This document shows, piece by piece, positions 26,075 through 37,212 of a stretch of DNA of 64,000 nt. How positions within the stretch are numbered: the stretch's first letter is position 1; each line of letters begins with the position of its first letter. A model generated the notes under the pieces. The model searched no databases. It saw only the letters and a list, made by a program, of their open reading frames with translations, and was not told the DNA's origin. Position numbers and translations under genes: made by a program. Location of the stretch: positions 24,862,001 through 24,926,000 of the forward strand of contig NC_043000.1 in assembly GCF_006345805.1 (NCBI RefSeq), in the 5' to 3' direction. The DNA comes from Octopus sinensis (Eukaryota).

Positions 26075-26190
26075 GTGCCTGTGTGATCATGAGCAAGCAC
26101 AGACTGCCTTTTGTCCCTCCACCTTTGACTCAGTTGATCAGTATGGATGTGAATGCTGAGAAGAGAGAGGCTGCATCTCTAAATTTGCAG
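26075..26190 (+). CDS. Putative coding exon A of an unidentified gene (phase 1 to 0): xACVIMSKHRLPFVPPPLTQLISMDVNAEKREAASLNLQ
   Basis: Acceptor TTTTATAAATTGTTTTAG, donor CAG|GTATTT; 116 nt, only one frame open throughout; raised GC; no repeat similarity noticed. Confidence 0.65.
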
Positions 26191-26536
26191 GTATTTATAT
26201 AGAATTTTATATATTTAAGAACCAAAGAATCATTTATTCTATATTACAGTGGCAGTGCTAAGGAGTGATATGTATCATCATTGTCATCATTATCGTTTAA
26301 TGTCCGTTTTCCATGCTGGCATGGGTTGGACGGTCTGACTGGAGAGCCAGCGGCTGCACCAGGCTCCAATCTGATCTGGCAATGTTTCTACAGCTAAAGC
26401 AACGCGAAATAAAGTGTCTTGCTCAAGAACACAACACGCAGCCTGGTCTGGGAATCAAACTCACAACCTCATGCTCGACGCTCTAACCACTTGAGCCTGT
26501 GACTTCACACACACACGCACGCACGCACGCACGCAC

Positions 26537-26568
<32 letters not shown>

Positions 26569-27399
26569 CACACACACACATAGACATATATACACAAGGG
26601 GGTGCTGAAAAATTCCTGGCTTTGAGTAAAAGAAAATACTGGAGGATCATGATTCTATCCAACATATTCCCCTTTCAGATTCACGCATTTATCGCAGCAG
26701 GCCTTCAGTCATTCTAAGCCCTCTAAAAGAACTTAGAAGGTTGGGCCTCCAATGAGGCCTTCTACGAAAACCTCAAGGCCAGGAACTTTTGAGCACTCCC
26801 TCGTATATATCAAAATTGGACCCTTAGACCAGTGAGGCCCCTAGGCAACTGCCCAGTGTGCTTATATCTTAAGGCAATATTGCCCAAAAGGACAGAAATC
26901 ACAGTCAGCTTTGGTAACATTTGAACTCAGAGTGCAGAAACACAGAGCAAATTGCTGTGTGGTATTTCATCCAACATTCTCATAAATCTGGCACATTACT
27001 GTGTAAGTCACTGAAGAATAATTATGATGGACTTTGGTTGGAGAACATAGGTATTTTGGTTCTCTTGTTATTGGTTACATACTTTGCAGATGTACACCAC
27101 TGACAGATATATGCATATATAGATACATATATCACCGAACGACACACACACATACATACACTGATATACAGACTTGTATATACACTTGATGTAATCACAT
27201 ACATTTATATTTGCACTTGATGCAAACACATCTACTATAACAGAAGGAAAATGAAATTGTGAAAGTCAACTAGATATGAAAGCAGATATGGAAGAATGGT
27301 TTAAATGTGAGAAAAATAATTATGAATCTAATAACTATTGTATTTGACTATAGAGTTTTTATTCATTTGTCTACAGAGAATAAAAAGAAAGTATGTATG

Positions 27400-27685
27400 C
27401 ATTGTTATCATCATCATTTTATCACCAATCTTGTGGTGTGGTCACATGACCAAAGACACATTCCAGCCATCTCAATTATTATTGCGCAATGCAGGGTAGG
27501 CTATGGCGCAGAATAACAGGCCGTATTTAGATGTCATAGTTTGGAACCGTCTGCACTTTAACAGAGGACAAAGACCACATGACTACAACGGAGTTATTGG
27601 CAGAGACACAACGTGAAACTGAAGACCTACAAAAACAAATGGAAGAGAATCCTGACATGAGAAAATGGATCTCAGTGGTTGCCAC

Positions 27686-27690
<5 letters not shown>
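27400..27690 (+). pseudogene. Degenerate RTE ORF2 C-terminus (different family)
   Basis: RHIPAISIIIAQCR...DVIVWNRLHFNRGQRP...ELLAETQRETEDLQKQME resembles RTE C-termini; explains ORF 27579-27839. Confidence 0.5.
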
Positions 27691-27735
<45 letters not shown>

Positions 27736-28089
27736 ATGATGATAATAATAATTATTTCAAATTTTGGCACAAAGCCAATAATTTCAGGAGAGTAGGGTGG
27801 TGGTTAAGTAATTTTTTTTTTAGGATGGTGAGCTGGTAGAATCATTACCATACTGGACAAAAAAACTTAGTGGTATTTCTTAATATTGCTATTTATATTT
27901 CTTAAATAGCTATTTAAGAAATATAAATACTTTTTAATGTTTATATTTCCAAGTACAAATTCTGCCAAGGAATTTGAACTTAGAAATTTAAATTTCTACC
28001 CATAGCAGAAAGAATTATTATTATTATATGTTATTATTATTATTATTATCATTATTATTATTGGCATCATCAGAATTGTATGAGAAATC

Positions 28090-28566
28090 TAAGAGGCATC
28101 AGATGTGGTGTGCAAGAGAGAAGACTGTGCTGCTATGGTCATGTGATGCATACGGATGAGGACGGCTGTGTAAAGAAGTGTTAATCTCTGTGGAAGGGAC
28201 TTGTGGGAGAAGGCAGACCTAGGAAAACATAAAGCATGATCGTTGGATGTTGGGTCACATGGAGGCAATGACAAATGATCAATGCTTTTAATGATTTGCT
28301 GTGCTTGAGAAGACTCATCAAGCCAAGTGAAAAAAATTGTCGTGGACTGTGCCAGTGAGATGTAAAAGGCACTTGTGCCAGTGACACAAAAAAGGTACTC
28401 ACTACACTCTTGGAGTGGTTGGCATTAGGAAAGGCATCCAGCCATAGAAACCATGCCAAATCAGATTAGAGCTTGGTACAGATCTCCAGTTTACTAGTTC
28501 CAGTCAAACCATCTAATCCATGATGGCATAGAAAATGGACACTAAAAGATAATGACGATGATGATG
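28090..28566 (+). mobile_element. RTE LINE ORF2 C-terminus + 3'UTR + (GAT)n tail
   Basis: RGIRCGVQERRLCCYGHVMHTDEDGCVKKC...EGTCGR.GRPRKT. Confidence 0.85.
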
Positions 28567-29303
28567 GTTATGCTATTAAAGATCATTTTAGCTGATCATG
28601 GATATACATGTACGTCAGTCCCTATTGGTGCTACTGCTATGTGGGTCGATACTAGTGCCTCCTGACTGGCTCTCCATGCTGGTGACATGCAAAAAGCACC
28701 ATCTGAATGTGGTCAATACCAGTCCCCCACTGACTGGCTCCTGTACCGTTGGCACATAAAAAGCACCATCCAAACGTGGTCAATGCCAGTGCCACCTGAC
28801 TGGCTCCTGTGCTGGTGGCATGTAAAAAGCACCCACTACACTCTCGGAGTGGTTGGCATTAGGAAGGGCATCCAGCTGTAGAAACCTTGCCAGATCAGAT
28901 TGGAGCCTGGTGCAGCCTCCTTGCTTGCCAGTCCCCAGTCAAACCATCCAACCCAAGCCAGCATGGAAAGTGGACATTAAACGATGACAATGATGATGTA
29001 ATATGTTGGAGTTTAACGACCTGTTAATAATTAAGCTCTTAATTACTGTGGATGTATTCCTTTATGCATGCACAGTTTCCCAAATGGGGGTAACAATTAC
29101 AAAGGAGATAATCATTTCATCATAATATGAGGCAGGATTAGAAATTTTGTAATTGAAACTAAGGAATTAATTAGAAAGAATAATTATAAGATGCAGATAC
29201 TAAATTTTTTTTTTTTGTTTCTTAAAATTTCTGGTTTTTAGTAATCATGTATGGCATTCTTTTATGTTGATACATCAATTCTCTCTCCATCTCTTTCCCT
29301 TCC

Positions 29304-29339
<36 letters not shown>

Positions 29340-29340
<1 letters not shown>

Positions 29341-29698
29341 GAGCAAAACGCCCCCCCCCCCGTCCAATGGATGGTGCTAAGTTGTCAAACATTTAAACCA
29401 AATTTTCTCAAACAACTTGTCTGACTGTCCCATAGGCCTCCCCTTTGAGGAACACTGATTTAACCTAAATTTGAGACACCAGCAAAGAAGAAATAAAGAT
29501 AGACTTTTTTCTATTCCATTTTACAAATGCACGTTCACACAGCTTTATCGATCGTATTCTCACCTGGAATTGATTTTTGTAATTTTTTCAAGGCTTATAC
29601 ACACCCTGATACCGTTGGTATCAATGTATCAAATTTGAGTGCAATCTGGAGGATGCCCGAGATCCTGGAAGACACACACACACAGACCACACAGATTT

Positions 29699-29705
<7 letters not shown>
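29340..29705. repeat. Probable non-autonomous Helitron/HINE-like repeat between (TA)n tracts
   Basis: ATCAAATTTGAGTGCAATC...GACACACACACAGAC..AGATTTTATATA end; single copy here, recognition only. Confidence 0.3.
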
Positions 29706-29737
<32 letters not shown>

Positions 29738-29813
29738 TATTCTTTGGTTACTTACTAACTGACCATAATGGGTTCCTACTTCCCAGAGTTGAAGAATTAT
29801 ATGCTTCCAGCTT

Positions 29814-29877
29814 TAGAGTCTGATGAGTTGTCCATGGGGCTAGGACCTTTATGGATGTGAAACCATTGGTTACTCTA
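29814..29877 (+). ncRNA. Type I hammerhead ribozyme motif (HHR1)
   Basis: TAGAGT-CTGATGA-stem II (TCCAT/ATGGA)-GAAA-CC ATT GG-T-T-ACTCTA: 6-bp stem I, complete core, GUU cleavage triplet; 11.1 position is U rather than C. Confidence 0.7.
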
Positions 29878-30289
29878 TGACCAGACATAGACTTGACTAC
29901 ATATATATATATAATTCACCCTTAGTCGAAAGACACCTGTTGTTTGCATTTGTATTTCTGTACCATTTCTCCATTTTTTTCCATCCTTGTTTCCATATAC
30001 ATTCACTGCTCTCTTCCAAGGAATCTAGTGCTCTTAGCTTATATTTTTCTCGGGGCTGGCCAGATTGGAGCAATCTCGAGTATAACCAGCCGAAACTGCA
30101 AAGATGATCTGGAACTTGACTGAGGATAAAAAACTCTGAATGACCTGTCCTTGTAGTTTTGTATCATCAAGTTTAAGCAAACAGTAATAGCAACAAGTTT
30201 ATATATAATACAGTTCTATATTTAAGAGATGAGGAATTATGTACATTATTTACATTTGATGGATATTTGTCCTCATCTTGTTTGTTGTT

Positions 30290-30335
30290 AACACAATGTT
30301 TCGGCTGATATACCCTCCAGCCTTCTTCAGGTGTC
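30290..30335 (-). ncRNA. Minimal type I hammerhead motif (HHR2-left), position 16.2 mutated
   Basis: GACAC-CTGAAGA-A-GGCTG/CAGCC-GAAAC-ATT-GTGTT; CG>CA change breaks the AACGTT palindrome. Confidence 0.6.
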
Positions 30336-30394
30336 TTGGGGAAATTTCAAACCTGGGTTCTTATTCCTAAGGTATTTTTCAATATTATTACTCA

Positions 30395-30466
30395 GGTCAC
30401 TTCCTGGAATCAAACTCGGAATCTTGGGGTTAGTAGCCTGTGCTCTTAACCACTATTCCATATGCC
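30395..30466 (-). mobile_element. tRNA-like Pol III head of a SINE-like element whose body carries the hammerhead
   Basis: GGCATATGGAATAGTGGTTAAGAGC...CTACTAA loop...GAGTTTGATTCC: A- and B-box with CpG-type decay; not a functional tRNA. Confidence 0.65.
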
Positions 30467-30515
30467 TTAGGAAAAGTACCTTAGGAATGAGAACCCAGGT
30501 TCGAAATTTCCTTAA

Positions 30516-30561
30516 GACACCTGATGAAGGCTGGAGGGTACATCAGCCGAAACGTTGTGTT
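30516..30561 (+). ncRNA. Minimal type I hammerhead motif (HHR2-right), intact core, Penelope-type
   Basis: GACAC-CTGATGA-A-GGCTG-loop-CAGCC-GAAACGTT-GTGTT; palindromic AACGTT stem III as in dimeric Penelope-like-element hammerheads. Confidence 0.75.
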
Positions 30562-31386
30562 AACAACAAACAAGATGAGGACAAATATCCGTCAAATGTA
30601 AATAACGTACATTATTCCTCATCTCTTAAATATAGAACTGTATTATATATAGACTTGTTGCTATTACTGTTTGCTTAAACTTGAGTAATTTCATTTTATT
30701 TGATTTAGAACAAAAACTAGGGTTTTCCATGGCAGGGAAACAATATGTAGCAATAAAAGTCTTTGTCTTTCATAAACAAACTTTAAACATAAACGTCTTG
30801 TGATTTTCCCCAACAAACTAGAAAAGAAACCAGATTTATGTCCAATGTTAAAGTCTTTTGACTTGTATCAATAATGTCTGTAGCTTCTAAACTTCATGTC
30901 TGAAATGTTATGCTCCATCTTAGCAAAATCAATATATTTACAGGTTTAAATCAAGTTAGCCTCAGAACTAATCCTTACCTGTTAGGGCAGGTTTTTGCAT
31001 GTGCACAAAACTGTTGCTGCAGTTAAGTTAAATGACAAATAGCTTACATTGAAAACAAGCAAGACTGGAACTCTCAAAAGAAGGAGAAAAACTATATTTG
31101 TTTTTTTACTTTACAGAATTAATTAAATAGAAATAACAATCGTATTATACTTGAACGCCAGTATTTTTACCTATAGGTGTCTGAACATGCACACACATAA
31201 TTGTTTTATCACTATCTTCATTGTAATCTTGACGTTTCCTTGCTTGTGTGGGTCAGATGAGACGCGTAGGGGCAGAATTTTCTGTAATTATATGTCTTTC
31301 CTAATGCCAACCCTCACCTGTTTCGGAGAAAGGTGATAAACTCACAGCCTGCTGAACAAGGGACCACCCGAGATATGGTTATGTCG

Positions 31387-31562
31387 AGGCTGTGTGGTAA
31401 GTAGCTTGATTACGAACCACATGGTTCCGAGTTCAGTCCCACTGCATGACACCTTGGGCAAATGTCTTCTACTATAGCCTCGGGCTGACCAAAGCCTTGT
31501 GAGTGGATTTGGTAGACAGAAACTGAAAGAGGCCTGTTGTATATACGTATGTATGTATGTAT

Positions 31563-31613
<51 letters not shown>

Positions 31614-31825
31614 TATGTGTGTGTGTGTATATGTTTGTCCTCCCAACATCGCTTGACAAGCGAGGATGGTGTGTTTACATTCCCGTAACTTAGCAATTCA
31701 GCAAAAGAGACTGATAGAATAAGTACTAGGCTTACAAAGAATAAGTCTTGGGGTCGATTTGCTCAACTAAAGATAGTGCTCCAGCATGGCCACAGTCAAA
31801 TGACTGAAACAAGTAAAAGAGTAAA
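31387..31825 (+). mobile_element. SINE-A
   Basis: Family motifs and central (TA)n; explains ORFs 31342-31696. Confidence 0.8.
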
Positions 31826-31909
31826 CAATATCATGTGCATGAACAGTGAGGCTTTTGTTTAAGATCGGTGAACACACATGAAGATTAGGAAAAATACGAA
31901 CATCCTTAA

Positions 31910-31941
<32 letters not shown>

Positions 31942-34612
31942 ACAGGCTTCTTCACAGTTTCCATCTACTCACAAGGTAGAGGTCAACTTATGGTTATAGG
32001 AGAGAAAACCAAGTGACAGCATCCACATAGTGCAATTGAATTTCAAAGCCTGTTTCAAAAGTGAGCTTTTGAACTGAACAGCCATGCCTGCACCTACATA
32101 TGTGTATGTGTGTGTGTATGCGTGCACACATACATATACACCTCCACACACACACAAGGAGAATGACACATCCAAAAGAGATAGCAAAGCATGTATATAT
32201 TTTTTTATTGCCCACAGGGGGCTAAACACAGAGAGGACAAACAAAGGGATTAAGTTGAATACATCGACCCCAGTGCATAACTGGTACTTTTTTAATCGAC
32301 CCTCAAAGGATTAAAGGCAAAGTCGACCTTGGCAGAATTTGAACTCAGAACGTAACAGCAGATGAAATACCTATTTCTTTACTACCCACAAGGGACTAAA
32401 CACAGAGGGGACAAACAAGGACAGACAAACGGATTAAGTCAATTACATTGACCCAAGTGCATAAATGGTACTTATTTAATCGACCCCGAAAGGATGAAAG
32501 TCAAAGTTGATCTTGGCGGAATTTGAACTCAGAACGTAACGGCAGATGAAATATCGCTAAGCATTTCACCCGGTGTGCTAACGATTCTGCCAGCTCGCCG
32601 CCTTATATATAGCAAAGCATATATAAACCTACACGATGAAGTAGAAATGTCAAATATCAAATATTTCTCAACAAGACATTACACATTTAATCAGCAACTG
32701 TCCCTAAATACTGTCACTTTTTAATGTGGCATGCCATTTTTTCTCTATAACATGTAATGCCATCTGTATGAGGAATTTGTGAGGTTGGTGGTGTTGGTGG
32801 GAAAAGCAACAATGTTACGATATACATCCAAAAATTTCAACACAAAAAATATTGGTGGAACCTTTCCAGCAAAACTTTGACAAAATACATTGTCATCATC
32901 ATCATCATCGTTTAATGTCCACCTTCCATACTAACATGGGTGGGACATCGTCATCATCATTTAACGGACGGCTTCTAGCAATAATAGGTCCCAAATAATT
33001 GTTTGGTTAAAAACAAAAGATGTGAGATGTTATTAAACATTTATTACATATCAAATGGAAACTGTAGTTGTGATCCCTGTGCCGGTGGCACGTAAAATGC
33101 ACCATCCAAACGTGGCTGATGCCAGCGCTGCCTTGACTGGCTTCTGTGCCGGTGGCACGTAAAAAGCACCAACCAATCATGGCCACTGCCAGCCTCCCCT
33201 GGTACCTGTGCTGGTGGCACGTAAAAAGCACCCACTACACTCAGGGAGTGGTTGGCATTATGAAGGGCATCTAGCTGTAGAAACACTGCCAGATCAAACT
33301 GGAGCCTGGTGCAGCCTCCTGGCTTCCAAGACACCAGTCAAACCGTCCAGCCCGTGCTAGAACGGAAAATGGATGTTAAACAATGATGATGATGATGAAA
33401 ACCAATGATAAAGAGAACAAGTATGGGGAATTGCTTTGAGATTACAACAAACTTAACCATGAATATAAATCTACACTTGCAACTGTAAATCATTGGATAA
33501 AATGGATGCATTACTCAGTGTTTAAACATTAAAACATTTACTGTTTAGCATTCAGATTATTCTGTCAAATGTAATGCTTATTTACTCACATTGTTTTGAA
33601 TTAGTCCTGCAATATCTCATGGCTTCAAGATTTCAATGGCTTAATTGTTTTTACAATGATATTTTTTTCTACTCAAAGCACAAGGCCTGGAATTTTGGTG
33701 GGGAGGGGGAGGGGCAGTCAACTTGACTGACCCCAGTATACAACTGCTACTTAATTTATTGACCCCGAAAGGATGAAAGGCAAAGTAACGACAGATGAAA
33801 TACCTATTTCTGTATTACCCACAAGGGGCTAAACATAGAGGGGACAAACAAGGACAGACAAAGGTATTAAGTCGAGTACATCGACCTCAGTGTGTAACTG
33901 GTACTTATTTAATCGATCCCGAAAGGATGAAAGGCAAAATCGACCTTGGCGGAATTTGCACTCAGAACGTAGCGGCAGACGAAATACCGCTAAGCATTTC
34001 ACCCGGTGTACTAACGTTTCTGGCAGCTCGCCGCCTTTTTACATTGATATTGTAGGGCAGGTGTAAGAGGTGAGATCTGGCTGGTTTTCATATAAACCAG
34101 ATAGAATTTTTGGGCTTGATACAGCCAGTTGAAATGCTAAATGGTTAATCTTGATATTTAGTGTCTCCAGGTTTTCAAGGACAAAAAAATGCATTACATC
34201 ACATGATGTTACAATGTTGTAACACATTGTTTTCCCCCTTAACTGGTCCTGCCTGATTCAATATTACTCTAAGAGAAATCAAAGAAGGAAAAGACCCATA
34301 ACTTTTAAATGGTACCTAAATATAATCCTCCAAGAGTTACCACGCAAACTACTAATACCTGGACAGATCTTGACAAACAACAACTCCCTACTCGGGTGGG
34401 TTCTGATAATGAGTTAAACAAGGACTGAATCAATAATGGCCAAAACCTAGCTATATTATTATGTAATATGCACTCTGCATATTCAGTCTGTTGGAGGAAT
34501 GGTAAAAATGTACAAGACTTTCTTAAAATTTAGCATTTTACTCTTCACACTAGTTGCTCTTTAAATTCTACTGATGGATTTTGTTTATTGCAAACTAACT
34601 CTTTCTTTATAG

Positions 34613-34693
34613 GATAAATTTAAAGAATTTGCATGGAAAGCAGAGGATACAGACCAACAGAAATATCTAAGACTCAAGTGGAATAAATGTTTT
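34613..34693 (+). CDS. Putative coding exon B (phase 0 to 0): DKFKEFAWKAEDTDQQKYLRLKWNKCF
   Basis: Branch-like CTAAC + CTTTCTTTATAG acceptor, GTGAGT donor, 81 nt, only one open frame, phase-compatible with exon A. Confidence 0.7.
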
Positions 34694-35316
34694 GTGAGTG
34701 GCCAGTTGTTATTCACTTACAAAGGAAGTTCATAACTACAAATACATAGACAGACATATCCAGTGGCAACAAAAAAAGACCCAAGAAACAATTGAAAATT
34801 ATGCTGATTACATAAAATCTTGAGTTAAGATAAAAATTAAATAATGCCAGTTGAGTAGAGAAAAGTAAAAAAAAAAAGGAAAAAAAAAAAAGAAGCAAGC
34901 AAGATGCTATTAAGGATAAAGTCAAACAGAAACCAAAATAATAAGTTGATAGTAAACAGTATCCCATCATGGATCAATATTTACATCGGTTGCCAAATTT
35001 AACAAATTCTCAAGATGTTTCACGAATACTCATAGTTCAAAGAATGGTCTGTTGTTGCCATATTCTGTTGAAATACACTGTTTCTGTTTCAATTAATTTT
35101 GAAAATAACAAAGTATTAAGTAAAATAATTTCAGTATTATTAACCTTGTGGCTGGAACATAAATTTACATGAATTTTGATGGAAGGTTTCAGTTTAGATC
35201 ATTTTAAAAGAGGGAACTTGTATCATAGAACTAGGGGTAGTATCAAGAAAGTTGGTATCAAAAAAGCTAAAGATACAGAAATCATGGTACAAGTCGTTTT
35301 ATAATTTTTACACCAT

Positions 35317-35848
35317 GGCGTAGGAGTGGCTGCATGGTAAGTAGCTTGCCTACCAACCACATGGTTCTGGGTTCTGCATGGAACCTTGGGCAAGTGTTTT
35401 CTACTATAGCCTAAGGTCGACCAAAGCCTTGTGAGTGGATTTGGTAGAGAGAAACTGAAAGAAGCTCATTGTATATATGTGTGTGTGTGTATGTATATAT
35501 ATAATGTGTATATATATATATATAATGTGTATATATATATATGTATATGTATGTGTATATATATATATATAATGTGTGTATATATATATATATGTATGTA
35601 TGTATGTATGTATGCATGCATGCATGTGTGCATATGTTTATGCGTCTGTGTTTATCCCCCCAACATTGCTTAACAACCGATGCTGGTGTGTTTGCGTCCC
35701 CGTGACTTAGCGGTTCAACAAAAGGGACTGATATATTAAGTACTAGGTTTACAAAGAATAAGTCCTGGGGGTCGGTTTGCTCAACTAAAGACAGTGCTCC
35801 AGCATGGCCACAGTCAAATTACTGAAACAAGTAAAAGAATAAAAGAAT
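35317..35848 (+). mobile_element. SINE-A with expanded central microsatellite
   Basis: Family motifs; its tail abuts the polypyrimidine tract of exon C. Confidence 0.8.
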
Positions 35849-35882
35849 GTGTATTTTATTTATTTATTTTTTTTTATGATAG

Positions 35883-35946
35883 CAAGAGCTGAAGGTTCTG
35901 CAAAGTTTGATGCATTGTACAAATCAATGAAGCCCTTCCTGACACT
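35883..35946 (+). CDS. Putative coding exon C (phase 1 to 2): xRAEGSAKFDALYKSMKPFLTL
   Basis: T-rich acceptor ATGATAG, donor GTAAAG; joins in frame to exon D over a 117-nt intron; alternative phase-0 reading QELKVLQSLMHCTNQ*. Confidence 0.55.
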
Positions 35947-36063
35947 GTAAAGATGAAATAGCCAATAGATTCACTTATTCAATTACAATTACAGATGATT
36001 TCAAATCTATTGTACTCATTTCAGTGAAGCTATAAATAGGACAGTGCATTCTGTGTGTTTTAG

Positions 36064-36115
36064 TTCTCCTGGATATTTGGAATATGCACTAAAAATTCTT
36101 GGACCTGAACATTTA
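36064..36115 (+). CDS. Putative coding exon D (phase 2 to 0): SPGYLEYALKILGPEHL
   Basis: Acceptor TGTGTTTTAG, donor GTAAGA, only one open frame. Confidence 0.6.
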
Positions 36116-36924
36116 GTAAGATTAATACTTTCTTTTAATGTTCTTACATCTTAATCTGAGAGGAACCATGCCCACACCCTGTCCTTCCATCAACCAGTAG
36201 TTGGGAGACATCTTAGCTTACTTCCTAATCTCACAAAGTCAAGAAGCAGATAGTTGGGGGTCAATAGATTTATTCAGGAGATTTGACCGAAGCATACAAA
36301 ATTGATTTAAACATTAAAAAAAAGACTAAAAACCGAGGTCATCATTATACTATGAAGTTCCATTGGTGAATTTATTGAACAAATATCTCAATTCAATTTC
36401 TTAACTGAGATCATTTCCTCAATATGAATGTGATTTATCACTGAAGAATCAAGGTTTAATTTCTCAAGTCCACTGAAGAAAATAACAGAAAATGACCGCT
36501 ATATTAAATATGAGTAGAGGTTGCTCTTTCATACATTCTGGCACCTTCTACCCACCCACACTTCCTGTTCTCCAGTCCCCACTCACTTCTGCTCACCTCA
36601 TACCTTGAGGATCTACTTTAATACCTTATCAGCACTATTTTTATCTCTTTCCAGGCCCATACTGACCATTCCAACCCACTCTTCTACAATGTGAGTGGAT
36701 ATGTAGCTCCCCTTTAATAATTCTCTTTTGGCCCCTTCTCCTTCAGTTTAACCATAGCATAAAGCCATCTGCATCTCTACTGTGGTCTCACTCAAAAGGG
36801 ATCTTAGTCTTGCAGGCTGCAGGGGACCTCACTAGTGCTGGTGCCTTGTAAAAATGCACCCAGTACATTCTGTAAAGTGGTTGGTGTTAGGAGGGGGCCA
36901 CCAAGCTATACAAAAATCATGGCG

Positions 36925-37212
36925 AAGTAAACATTAGAGCATGATGCAGTCTTTTGGATCCATTGTTGTTTGTTCCTTCTCGAGCCATGCCAGGCTCATA
37001 AGGGCTGGTTTCCTGGTTTCCCCACCTGGACGGGACACTGGTCTGTTGCAGGTGAGCTGCAGGATGCAGGAGGAAAGAGTAAGAGAAAGTTGTGGTGAAA
37101 GAGTCAGCAGAAGTTCGCCATTACCTTCTGCCGGAGCCGCGTGAAGCTTAGCTGTTTTGCTCATAAACACACACACCGCCCGGTCTGAGATTCGAACCCA
37201 CGATCCCTCGAC
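36925..37212 (-). mobile_element. tRNA-derived SINE (further family), 5'-clipped
   Basis: B-box GGGTTCGAATCTC on the - strand, followed by a TGTGTTTATGAGCAAAAC segment; explains ORFs 36934-37176. Confidence 0.6.

Noticed and set aside
30050-30110. GGCTGG...CCAGCC-GAAAC looks like half a hammerhead
   Set aside because: No upstream CTGANGA
30395-30466. Functional tRNA gene
   Set aside because: Acceptor and anticodon stems are broken and the boxes are decayed; treated as a SINE head
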